A DNA stretch of 64,000 bases from Alphaproteobacteria bacterium (GTDB taxonomy: Bacteria > Pseudomonadota > Alphaproteobacteria > UBA2966). Shown here piece by piece: positions 56,483-64,000 of the stretch. The position numbers and the translations under genes were made by a program. Location: the NCBI GenBank assembly GCA_965242505.1, contig OZ251449.1, positions 2,803,843-2,867,842 on the forward strand. Reading direction: 5' to 3'. Position 1 is the first letter of the stretch; the number at the start of each line of letters is the position of its first letter. The notes under the pieces are model-generated. The model did no database searches, had not been told where the DNA came from, and saw only the letters and a program-made list of their open reading frames with translations.

Positions 56483-58009
56483 TCAGTCGTCCAAGGTCCG
56501 CGCGACGCGGAACCCGAAGTTGTCGTTGCGGTACTCCAGCGGGAACCGGACCCGCTTGGCGGAGCGGACGTCCTTCGGATGGCTCCTCCAGGAACCGCCG
56601 CGCATGACGCGATGCCCGCAGTTTCCGCTCAACCTCGGCGATCCGTCGGCGGGCGCGCCCCGGTAGCTGTCGTTCCAGCAGTCCTCGACCCACTCCCAGG
56701 CGTTTCCGTGAACGTCGTGCAGTCCGAAGGCGTTCGGCGGGAACCCGCCGACGGGCAGCGTCCGCTTCCGGTACGCGCCCGTCCCGCCCTCTCCATACGA
56801 CGACGTCCCGTTGTAGTTCGCCTGGTCCGGCGTGATCGTCGAACCCGTGTGGAACGGCGATCGACCGCCCGCCCGGGCGGCGTATTCCCATTCCGCTTCG
56901 CTGGGCAGGCGATAGGCCCGGCCCGTCTTCTCGCCGAGCCACGCGGCGTAGGCCCGCGCCGTGTTCCAGTCGACGCAGACGGCGGGATCGTCCTCGCCCT
57001 GCGGATATCCGGGATCGCGCCAGCTCTTCGAGGAGTCCCGGCGTCCGCCCGAGCCGGTTCGCACGTAGCAGGAATCTCCCGCGTCGTGCCCCGTCTCCTC
57101 GACGAAGGCCGTGAACTCCCTTCGCGTCACCTCGAACCGGCCGATGGCGAACGCGGCCACGGCGACCTCGCGCGCCGGTCCCTCCGCGGCGTCGCGGGCC
57201 GATTCGCCCGGCGGCGAACCCATGACGAACGCGCCGCCCGGCGCCGTCACCATCTCCGGACACGTCTCGCAGTCCCTGAACGCCGCGCCCGGCGGCCGGT
57301 CCGGCAACGACAGCATCAGGAAGGCCGCGAGGCCGCCGAGGGCCAGGAGCGACGCGCCCGACCATGCGAGCCGCCACCCGGGGATACGGACGGGTCCCGC
57401 GGCCAGGGGGACGAGGTCCCGCGCGCCGGCGGCCGGGACGGCCGCGGGCTCCAGCCCCACGTGGCGCAGGACCTCGTTGGCGTCGCGGACGCCCAGGACC
57501 TCGCCGATGCCGGACGCGCCGTGATCGGCGGCGTCTTCCAGGTTCGCCGCGGGAACGACCAGCGTCACGGGAGCGGAGCCTTCCGCGGCGCGGCCGGCGA
57601 AACGCTCCCGCGTCGCGCGGAGCTTCTCCCCGACGAAATCCACCTCCCCCACCCGCAGATCGACGTCGACGGTCCCCGTGGCCCACAGGACCGCGTCCGC
57701 GCTTTCGCCGGGCCCCGCCAGGCGCCCCGCCCGGTCCAGCGCGTGCGCGACCAGTACGGACAGCTGCCAGGAGTGGCCGTCGCCGATCTCGCCGGAGGCG
57801 TCCAGCCGGAAGCCGCCGGGCCCGAAGGGGCCCAGGGCCCGCTCGATCACGCCCGAGGGCTGGCGCACGAACGCGTCGTAGTCGGCGCTGATGGGCAGGA
57901 CCGACGTCGTCCGGCCCAGGCAGATCTGCGAGACGGGCGCCGCCTCGCGCGTGATCCGCTCGATCTGAACGGGTCCCCTGGTGGTCGCGGCGAAGACGTG
58001 GACCTTCAT
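56483..58009 (-). CDS. Membrane protein: cytoplasmic N-terminal domain of unknown type (about 250 aa), single TM helix, and a periplasmic FGE-sulfatase (SUMF1/EgtB/PvdO-type) domain; 508 aa; third gene of an uncharacterized operon
   Basis: MKVHVFAATTRGPVQIERIT..GDGHSWQLSVLVAHAL.. is the N-domain, with no family recognised. WSGASLLALGGLAAFLMLSL is the TM helix. ..FVMGSPPGE...FAIGRFEVTRREFTAFV..AVCVDWNTARAYAAWL..YRLPSEAEWEYAARAG..GNAWEWVEDCW..RVMRGGSW.. is the FGE-sulfatase fold. The ATG overlaps the upstream stop (ATGA). Confidence 0.7.
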   Translation of the reverse strand: MKVHVFAATTRGPVQIERITREAAPVSQICLGRTTSVLPISADYDAFVRQPSGVIERALGPFGPGGFRLDASGEIGDGHSWQLSVLVAHALDRAGRLAGPGESADAVLWATGTVDVDLRVGEVDFVGEKLRATRERFAGRAAEGSAPVTLVVPAANLEDAADHGASGIGEVLGVRDANEVLRHVGLEPAAVPAAGARDLVPLAAGPVRIPGWRLAWSGASLLALGGLAAFLMLSLPDRPPGAAFRDCETCPEMVTAPGGAFVMGSPPGESARDAAEGPAREVAVAAFAIGRFEVTRREFTAFVEETGHDAGDSCYVRTGSGGRRDSSKSWRDPGYPQGEDDPAVCVDWNTARAYAAWLGEKTGRAYRLPSEAEWEYAARAGGRSPFHTGSTITPDQANYNGTSSYGEGGTGAYRKRTLPVGGFPPNAFGLHDVHGNAWEWVEDCWNDSYRGAPADGSPRLSGNCGHRVMRGGSWRSHPKDVRSAKRVRFPLEYRNDNFGFRVARTLDD

Positions 58010-58557
58010 CCGTCGATGAATATCTCGCTTCCGGGGTCGCGAAGCGCCGCCAGCACGTCCGACCCGTTCTCGACGAGGATCTGGATCGTTCCGGCATGGG
58101 GCTCCGGCAGCGCGATCCGGCGGCACGTGTCGTCGCCGACGAACACCGCCAGCCATCTCGGATGACGGCCCGGCTCGTCCAGGGAGATGACGACGTAGGT
58201 CTGCGCCGGTTCGGCGCGCGACTGCTCGAAGCGGATGCGGCAGCCGGGGGCGGCGCGGCGCGCGACGGTCCCCGCCGCCGCCGCCGCGAGCTCGGGGATG
58301 CGATAGCCGGCGATCTTTCCGGTGAGGCGCCGCAGTTCGGCGCGAAGCGCGGGACTCTCGCGCAGCGCGGCCTCGAGGCCCGGGTCTTCGGCGCGCGCGC
58401 CGGTGACGTAGAGGTACAGGCGCCGCGGGGTGACGCGCCCGCCGGGCGCCGCGCCGGCGGCGGGGCTGCCCAGCGACGCTTCCGCCACGAGCGCGTCGAA
58501 CACGCGTTCCGCGACCGCGAGGGCGTCGTCTCCGGGCGTCTCGATCCGTTCGTTCAT
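58006..58557 (-). CDS. Hypothetical protein (183 aa), middle gene of the operon
   Basis: MNERIETPGDDALAVAERVFDALVAEASLG..RLYLYVTGARAEDPGLEAALRESPALRAELRRLTG..YVVISLDEPGRHPRWLAVFVGDDTCRRIALPEPHAGTIQILVENGSDVLAALRDPGSEIFIDG. It is the C-terminal part of a 690-aa, otherwise Arg-rich, track ORF. ATGA overlaps at both ends. Confidence 0.5.
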   Translation of the reverse strand: MNERIETPGDDALAVAERVFDALVAEASLGSPAAGAAPGGRVTPRRLYLYVTGARAEDPGLEAALRESPALRAELRRLTGKIAGYRIPELAAAAAGTVARRAAPGCRIRFEQSRAEPAQTYVVISLDEPGRHPRWLAVFVGDDTCRRIALPEPHAGTIQILVENGSDVLAALRDPGSEIFIDG

Positions 58558-60065
58558 CGCGCGACTCCGTAGATGCGGGCGAACTGTTCGCTGAACACGC
58601 CGCGGTCGCGGGCGAACCGGCCGTCGAGACCGGCCTCGTCCTCCTCCGCCCGTTCGGATACCCGCAGGAATGCGCGGATCTGGTCGCTGATCGTCGCCAG
58701 CGCCCCGGCGCCGGCCTCGTACAGGGCGTCCGATCCGGGCCGGCCCACGACCGTGTTCTCGAATCCCTTGCGCGAGAGTCCCGCGAAGGCGCGCTTCGCG
58801 AGGTCGCGCGCGACCCGCGACCGCTCGTCCCCGGGAACCCGTTCCGCGTCCTCGTCCGCCCGCAGCGCCACGTGCAGCGCCGCGCGCAGCGCGTCGTTGA
58901 CGCGCGCGTCCAGCGCGGCGAGCCGCTGGCGCCATTCCCGGTACGTCTCGGCGCCGGCGCAGGCGACGAGCTCGTTCAGGGCGTCGCCGGCGTCCCGCCG
59001 CCTCGCGGCCTGCGACAGCCGGGCCTGGACGTCTCCGAAGACCTCGGCGCGCATCAGGGACCACGGCAGCCGGCGCGCCCGCGGGCCGTGCTCCATCAGA
59101 CGGTCCAGGGCGGCCAGGTCCACCTTGTTCAGGAACCGGACGCCATCGAGAGGCTGCTCCCGCAGGAGCGAAAGCGGGGACGCCCACGCGGCGGTCGTCT
59201 CCGCGTCGTCCAGGAGCCGGGCGACGTCGACCTCGCCCGCCTCGCGGTCGGGGCCGACCGGACGGGCGCGTTCGACGGCCTCGCGGTCCATCGCGACGTC
59301 GAGGGCCGAAAGGAACGCCATGTAGGCGTCGAACACGCTTCGGAACAGACGGAAGTTCCTCGCCTCGTCGTCCACGGACTTCTCCCGCCAGAACGCCAGG
59401 ACCGTGGCGTCCTCGACGACCAGCGTCGCCGCCCCGGACCTCGCGTAGTCGAGCAGCTCCCGGAACTTGCCCTGCGTCTGGATGCTCGGCAGGTGCTCCC
59501 TCAGGTACGCGTACAGGCGCCGTTCGATCCCGTTCGCCGCGTCCCGGACACCGCTGCCCGTCACCGGCGGCTTCAGCATGGCCTGGAACTCGTCGTCGAC
59601 GGCGGCGTAGCCGACGGCGCCGCAGAGGAACTCGAACAGGGCGGCGAGGACCGGCATCCCGGAGAAGCCGACGTTGAAGACGCCGTCGTCGTAGCGCGCG
59701 GCGACCCCCTCCGCCGTCAGCTCGCATCCGGGACGCCGCCAGCCCGAGGCGGCCACGGCGTTCTCTATCCAGCCCCGGAACCCGGGACCGGTGGCGCGTT
59801 CCGGCCCCAGCAGCAGATGTTCGTAGGAACCGCGGCGCGGCGCGCACGAGTCGGCCACGTTGACCAGGTGGCACAGTTGCAGGACGGGCGCGGCGTAGGA
59901 CCGGCAGACGATCAGCCGGTTGAGGCGGCGGCACGCCCTGGCGGAATAATGGGCGGCGCCGTCCGGGGTCGTGGAGTCCGCCACCGCGCGGAGGGCGGCG
60001 CGCAACTCGCCGCTCTGTCCCGCCTCCAGGACGAGGCTCGCCGCGCGTTTCACTTCGAGCGACAT
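58554..60065 (-). CDS. Hypothetical protein (503 aa), first gene of the operon
   Basis: MSLEVKRAASLVLEAGQSGELRAALRAV... Composition and codon usage are normal (not an Arg/Pro shadow). No Walker or other motif was recognised. The stop overlaps the next ATG. Confidence 0.6.
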   Translation of the reverse strand: MSLEVKRAASLVLEAGQSGELRAALRAVADSTTPDGAAHYSARACRRLNRLIVCRSYAAPVLQLCHLVNVADSCAPRRGSYEHLLLGPERATGPGFRGWIENAVAASGWRRPGCELTAEGVAARYDDGVFNVGFSGMPVLAALFEFLCGAVGYAAVDDEFQAMLKPPVTGSGVRDAANGIERRLYAYLREHLPSIQTQGKFRELLDYARSGAATLVVEDATVLAFWREKSVDDEARNFRLFRSVFDAYMAFLSALDVAMDREAVERARPVGPDREAGEVDVARLLDDAETTAAWASPLSLLREQPLDGVRFLNKVDLAALDRLMEHGPRARRLPWSLMRAEVFGDVQARLSQAARRRDAGDALNELVACAGAETYREWRQRLAALDARVNDALRAALHVALRADEDAERVPGDERSRVARDLAKRAFAGLSRKGFENTVVGRPGSDALYEAGAGALATISDQIRAFLRVSERAEEDEAGLDGRFARDRGVFSEQFARIYGVAR

Positions 60066-60249
60066 GTCCGCGTTTCACCTCGGCGCTCTCGATACCGACG
60101 GGACCGCAGAGTACAGGAACCGGGCGGACGTGTGGCGTCGAAGATCGGAAACCCGCGCGCCTGGCGCGACCGCCGCCGGTGGGTTAACTTCGGCGCCCGG
60201 GGCGCGGCCCGCGCCGCGTCCGGGCCGGAAGGCCCCGGAGGGAGCATCC

Positions 60250-60498
60250 ATGCCGTTCTACAAACCGGACCTCGGCGCCAACCCCGACGACCCGTTCGCC
60301 CGCGACGCCGACGGCAGGCTGGTCAGGCGGACGTTCTGGCTCGACATGAGCGACCGCTCCCTGGCGCTCGCCATGACCCGGGGGGTCGGCGCCGCTCTGA
60401 CCGCGGCGGAGAAGCGCGCCCATCTCGAGGACGTCGGCCGTTCCCACCTGATCGACGAGGTCTGCGCGCCGGAGATCCTGCCGCCCGAGCGCGGCTGA
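60250..60498 (+). CDS. Small hypothetical protein (82 aa), divergent from the operon
   Basis: GGAGGGAGCATCC-ATG. MPFYKPDLGANPDDPFARDADGRLVRRTFWLDMSDRSLALAMTRGVGAALTAAEKRAHLEDVGRSHLIDEVCAPEILPPERG. Confidence 0.45.
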   Translation: MPFYKPDLGANPDDPFARDADGRLVRRTFWLDMSDRSLALAMTRGVGAALTAAEKRAHLEDVGRSHLIDEVCAPEILPPERG

Positions 60499-60519
60499 CG
60501 CGGCGCGGCGGGCCGGGGC

Positions 60520-61660
60520 CGTATGCGCTCCTCTCCCCTGCCGTGACCCCCACCCCGACCCTCCCCCTGCAAGGGAGAGGGAGAACAAGAGGGGACGGGA
60601 AAGGGCCATTGACGCTCCTCCCCCCCTGACCATCCATACTCCTCCCCCCTGACAGGGGGGAGGTCGGGAGGGGGGTCCGCGGCCCCGCAACGCCGTTCGC
60701 GCTCCGCTCCCCTGGCGTGACCCCCACCCCGACCCTCCCCCTGCAAGGGGGAGGGAGAAGAAGGGGGGACGCGGAGGGAGCCGTCGACGCTCCTCCCCCC
60801 TGACAGGGGGGAGGTCGGGAGGGGGGTCCGCGGCCCCGCAACGCCGTTCGCGCTCCGCTCCCCTGGCGCGACCCCCACCCCGACCCTCCCCCTGCAAGGG
60901 GGAGGGAGAACGTAAGGGGACGCGGAGGGAGCCGTCGACGCTCCTCCCCCCTGACCATCCATGCTCCATCCCCCCCTGCCCCCCTGACCATCCATACTCC
61001 TCCCCCCTGACAGGGGGGAGGTCGGGAGGGGGGTCCGCGGCCCCGCAACGCCGCCGTTCGCGCTCCGCTCCTCTGGCGTGACCCCCACCCCGACCCTCCC
61101 CCTGCAAGGGAGAGGGAGAACAAGAGGGGACGGGAAAGGGCCATTGACGCTCCTCCCCCCTGACCATCCATGCTCCATCCCCCCTGACCATCCATACTCC
61201 TCCCCCCTGACAGGGGGGAGGTCGGGAGGGGGGTCCGCGGCCCCGCAACGCCGCCGTTCGCGCTCCGCTCCCCTGGCGCGACCCCCACCCCGACCCTCCC
61301 CCTGCAAGGGAGAGGGAGAACAAGAGGGGACGGGAGGAGGGCGGACCGCGGCCCCGCAACGCCGTTCGCGCTCCGCTCCCCTGGCGGGACCCCCACCCCG
61401 GCCCTCCCCCTGCAAGGGAGAGGGAGAACAAGAGGGGACGGGAGGGGGGTGGACGCGGCCCGCAACGCCGTTCGCGCTCCGCTCCTCTGGCGTGACCCCC
61501 ACCCCGGCCCTCCCCCTGCAAGGGAGAGGGAGAAGAAGGGGGGAGGTCGGGAGGGGGGTGGACGCGATCCTGCAACGCCGTTCGCGCTCCGCTCCCCTGG
61601 CGTGACCCCCACCCCGACCCTCCCCCTGCAAGGGGGAGGGAGAACGTAAGGGGATGGAGG
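60520..61660. repeat. About 1.1-kb tandem array of 7 or more composite REP/BIME-like units (each about 110-210 bp, holding one type B and one type A palindrome plus a conserved linker ccgcggccccgcaacgccgttcgcgctccgctcccctggcg)
   Basis: The units start at about 60523, 60675, 60826, 61039, 61237, 61348, 61448 and 61570. Some carry an extra insert, ctgaccatccatgctccatcccccctgaccatccatactcc. No unique spacers are present. Confidence 0.85.
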
Positions 61661-61694
61661 GGTGGACCGCGGTTCTGCGACGCCGCGCGGTCGC

Positions 61695-64000
61695 CTACCG
61701 CGCGGCGGCGAGCAGGATGCCGGTGGCTTCCGCGGTGGCGATGGTGATGGAGCGCAGGTCCTCGGGCTCGATGTTGTGGACGTTCGTCTTGCCGGCGCAG
61801 CGCGCCATCATCGAGCACTCGCTGTTGGACGCCTTGAGGTAGTTGGCGGCGCCCGCGCGCAGCTCCTCGCGCGTCAGGTCGGGCGGGAAGACGATGGCCT
61901 GGCGGTTTCCCGACGGCGCGATCTCGCCGCCGAGCGCGAGCCCCATCGAGACGCCGACGATGCCGACGCGGCAGCCGAGCCCGAGCAGCTTGGCGAGGTC
62001 GGTCCCCGACCGGATGCCGCCGAAACAGGCGATCTCGATGTCGCCCTCGCGCTTCAGGGCGCGCAGCCTGCGCACCGTGTCGCGCACCGCCGACAGGTCG
62101 GGAGCGCCTTCGAGCTCGGGCCACTCGCTCTCGATTCCGATCGTCGAGTCGACGACCAGAAGATCGAAGCCGTTGTCGAGGGCGAACGGGACCGCCGCGT
62201 CGACGTTGGATGCGCGGACCACGAGCCCGAGGGCCTGTCCCTCCCGCGCCCGCACCGCCGGCGGCGGGCGGAAGGCCTCGCCGGTCACGTGGACGACGGC
62301 GGCGGCGTCCGGGTCCGGCGCGCTCTCGCCGGGCGCGGCGAGCTGCAACCAGGGGACGTCCCGATGCAGGCGGCGGAAGCCCACGTAGGCGACGCCGGAG
62401 TCCACCATGCCGGCGGCCAGTCCCTCGCGGACCTCGTCGGGGGCGCCGTCGAAGCCGGTCGCCATCAGGGGGTACTTCATCGTCAGGGACCCGCCCGCGA
62501 CGCCGGTTTCCGTGACGCACGAGTCGCGGTAGGGGTCGATCACGAGGCGCGACAGGTTGGCCGAGAGGAACACCAGGTCGTCGATCGTCGGCGGGCGGTC
62601 CTCCGGGAACGGGTTCTCGCGGTTCTGCATGCGCTTGAACAGCATGGCCCGCTGTCCGGCCTCGTCGGACGGCTCCATGCGCGCCATGGCGAAGATGTCC
62701 TCGCGGTTCCACACCGTGTAGTCGGCCGAGCCGTTCTCCGCGTCGCAGCGGTAGCAGCGCGCCGCCTCGTCGCGCGCCGTCCGGGCGTCGTAGCGCGACT
62801 CGATCTCCGGGAACGCCGCCGGGTTCTCGCCGAGGCCGTGGAACTCCTGCTCCTGGCGCGGAAAGAGCTCCCACTTGGGATCCTGGGCGACGGGCGCGCG
62901 CCGCGTGCGATAGGGGGTGCGGTAGGGCGCGGGGTTCTCGTCGCCTTCCAGATACGCCTTGACGTAGTAGGCCGCGCGATGGCCGTGGTTCATGGCCATG
63001 ACGATGGTCGAGCCCCCGAAGGCGCCGTCCCCGGCCGCGAAGACGCCGGCGTCCGCCGTGCGCATCGAATCGAAGTCGGCGCGGACGCGGTCCCGGTCCA
63101 TGAGGCCGAGGCGGTCGAGGTGGCCGCTCTCCGCCTGCTGGCCGACCGCGGAGATCACCATGCCGCAGGGGATGTCGCGCTCCGTCCCCGCCACGGGGAT
63201 GGCCCGGCGGCGGCCGTCCTCCTCCGGGTCTCCCATCCTGGTGATGACGCACCGCAGCGCGATCTCGTTGCCGCTTTTCACCACGGCGACCTGCTGGGTG
63301 TTGTAGACGAACTCGACGCCTTCCTTGACGGCGCCGTGGAGCTCGTCCTTGCGGGCGGGGATCTGCTCCGGTCCCCGGCGATAGACGACCTTGACGCGCT
63401 TGCAGCCGGGCAGGCGCCTGGCCACGCGGCAGGCGTCCATGGCGACGTCGCCGCCGCCGACGACCACGACGGTCTCGGGCAGCTCCGGCCGCTCGCCCCC
63501 GTTGACGCGCCGCAGGAAGGACACGCCGTCGACGACGCGCGGGTCGTCGTCGCCGGGCACGCCCATGGTCTTGCCCCACCAGGAGCCGATGCAGAGCAGC
63601 ACCGCGTCGTGCCGTTCCTTGAGCTGGTCGAGGGTCACGTCGCGTCCGAGCGCGGCGCCGAGGTGGACCTTGACCCCTGGACAGCGGTCGAGGATCCGGT
63701 CCATGTCCTCCTGGATGATCCCCGCCGGAAGCCGGAAGGCCGGGATGCCCCAGACCATCATGCCGCCGAGGCGGTCGGTCATCTCGTAGAGGTGGACTTC
63801 GTAGCCCGCCTCGGCCAGGTCCTGCGCGGCGGTCATGCCGGCCGGTCCCGAACCGACGATGCCCACGGTCTCGTCCCTGGTGACGGCGACGGGGGGCTGG
63901 CGGCGGTCCCTTCCGAGCTGGTCCATGACGAAACGCTTGAGGTTGCGGATGGCCAGGGGGCCGTCGGAGTCGGCGCGGCGGCAGGCCGGCTCGCACGGGG
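61695..64000 (-). CDS. Fused GltD-like (Fe-S/FAD/NAD(P)H) oxidoreductase plus glutamate-synthase FMN-domain-like protein; the N-terminus continues beyond the right window edge
   Basis: ..VGIVGSGPAGMTAAQDLAEAGYEVHLYE.. (FAD), ..VVVVGGGDVAMDACRVA.. (NAD(P)H), and the C-terminal ..GFDLLVVDSTIGIESEW...IACFGGIRSGTDLAKLLGLGCRVGIVG.. (glutamate-synthase FMN/TIM-barrel family). The in-frame sequence upstream of the listed Met (..PCEPACRRADSDGPLAIRNLKRFV) has no stop and Cys spacing typical of an Fe-S region, so the real start is off-window. Confidence 0.8.
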   Translation of the reverse strand, partial: PCEPACRRADSDGPLAIRNLKRFVMDQLGRDRRQPPVAVTRDETVGIVGSGPAGMTAAQDLAEAGYEVHLYEMTDRLGGMMVWGIPAFRLPAGIIQEDMDRILDRCPGVKVHLGAALGRDVTLDQLKERHDAVLLCIGSWWGKTMGVPGDDDPRVVDGVSFLRRVNGGERPELPETVVVVGGGDVAMDACRVARRLPGCKRVKVVYRRGPEQIPARKDELHGAVKEGVEFVYNTQQVAVVKSGNEIALRCVITRMGDPEEDGRRRAIPVAGTERDIPCGMVISAVGQQAESGHLDRLGLMDRDRVRADFDSMRTADAGVFAAGDGAFGGSTIVMAMNHGHRAAYYVKAYLEGDENPAPYRTPYRTRRAPVAQDPKWELFPRQEQEFHGLGENPAAFPEIESRYDARTARDEAARCYRCDAENGSADYTVWNREDIFAMARMEPSDEAGQRAMLFKRMQNRENPFPEDRPPTIDDLVFLSANLSRLVIDPYRDSCVTETGVAGGSLTMKYPLMATGFDGAPDEVREGLAAGMVDSGVAYVGFRRLHRDVPWLQLAAPGESAPDPDAAAVVHVTGEAFRPPPAVRAREGQALGLVVRASNVDAAVPFALDNGFDLLVVDSTIGIESEWPELEGAPDLSAVRDTVRRLRALKREGDIEIACFGGIRSGTDLAKLLGLGCRVGIVGVSMGLALGGEIAPSGNRQAIVFPPDLTREELRAGAANYLKASNSECSMMARCAGKTNVHNIEPEDLRSITIATAEATGILLAAAR

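Noticed and set aside
60520-61660. Possible CRISPR array
   Set aside because: The repeat units are internally palindromic composite elements identical to REPs dispersed elsewhere in the window. The intervening segments are conserved linker sequence, not unique spacers. No cas genes or leader are present.
60184-63996. 1270-aa minus-strand ORF and similar giant ORFs (54249..58097, 48759..51635, 33288..35570, 9702..10997, 45093..47369, 39328..41739)
   Set aside because: All are Arg/Gly/Pro-rich shadow frames opposite or overlapping well-supported genes (the GltD-like gene, the operon, the lipoprotein, norZ, rho, the ABC gene, ftsK), or are translations through REP arrays. None has motifs or an RBS.

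Overview
The window is about 70% GC and looks like a chromosomal region of an alphaproteobacterium. Conserved gene arrangements (hemE-hemH-hemJ beside rho; ppsR-maf-aroE-coaE-dnaQ; glnK-amtB; ftsK-lolA) support this, and gene density is high, mostly housekeeping and metabolic genes.

Identified genes include:
- leuS (5' part; the gene continues off the left edge) and rho
- hemE, hemH and hemJ, translationally coupled
- ppsR, maf, aroE, coaE and dnaQ
- a TRAP transporter (solute-binding protein, small permease, and an unusually long large permease)
- two amidases, an LLM oxidoreductase, an SDR oxidoreductase and a TauD-family dioxygenase
- tRNA-Gly(GCC)
- a YbaK/ProX-like deacylase, a thioredoxin-TPR protein (CnoX-like), a LON N-domain protein, a Trm112-like protein and a DUF971 protein
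- a UbiH-family hydroxylase
- a Crp/Fnr-type regulator followed by an FNR-like box and a quinol-type NO reductase
- glnK-amtB, ftsK-lolA and a class I glutamine amidotransferase
- a non-canonical ABC protein with a cNMP-binding partner and a divergently transcribed glycosyltransferase
- rnhB
- a fused GltD-like / FMN glutamate-synthase-like gene that runs off the right edge

A family of short GC-rich palindromic repeats (REP/BIME-like, two core palindromes) fills many intergenic spaces and forms a roughly 1.1 kb tandem array at 60.5-61.7 kb. These repeats generate many spurious Arg/Pro/Gly-rich ORFs in the six-frame track.

Mobile DNA consists of one intact IS481-family element (about 14424-15748) and one inverted, 5'-truncated copy (5272-6128). 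The truncated copy abuts a 5'-truncated Fic gene.

The loci most worth a second look:
- an uncharacterized, translationally coupled three-gene operon (60065 to 56483, minus strand) whose last gene encodes a cytoplasmic domain, a TM helix and a periplasmic FGE/SUMF1-type domain, with REP arrays on both sides
- a perfect 13-bp tandem repeat (about 21 copies) directly upstream of a large surface lipoprotein gene with a TbpB-like C-terminus, a candidate phase-variation switch
- a two-gene module immediately beside tRNA-Gly
- a low-GC islet with small membrane-anchored coiled-coil proteins
- tandem DUF1640 paralogs tied to REPs, and a small octad-repeat membrane protein

Coordinates come from the ORF-track frames and may be off by 1-3 nt at starts. 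I found an apparent off-by-one between my manual indexing and the ORF track at rho and at the FGE gene, so ORF-track frames were used wherever possible.
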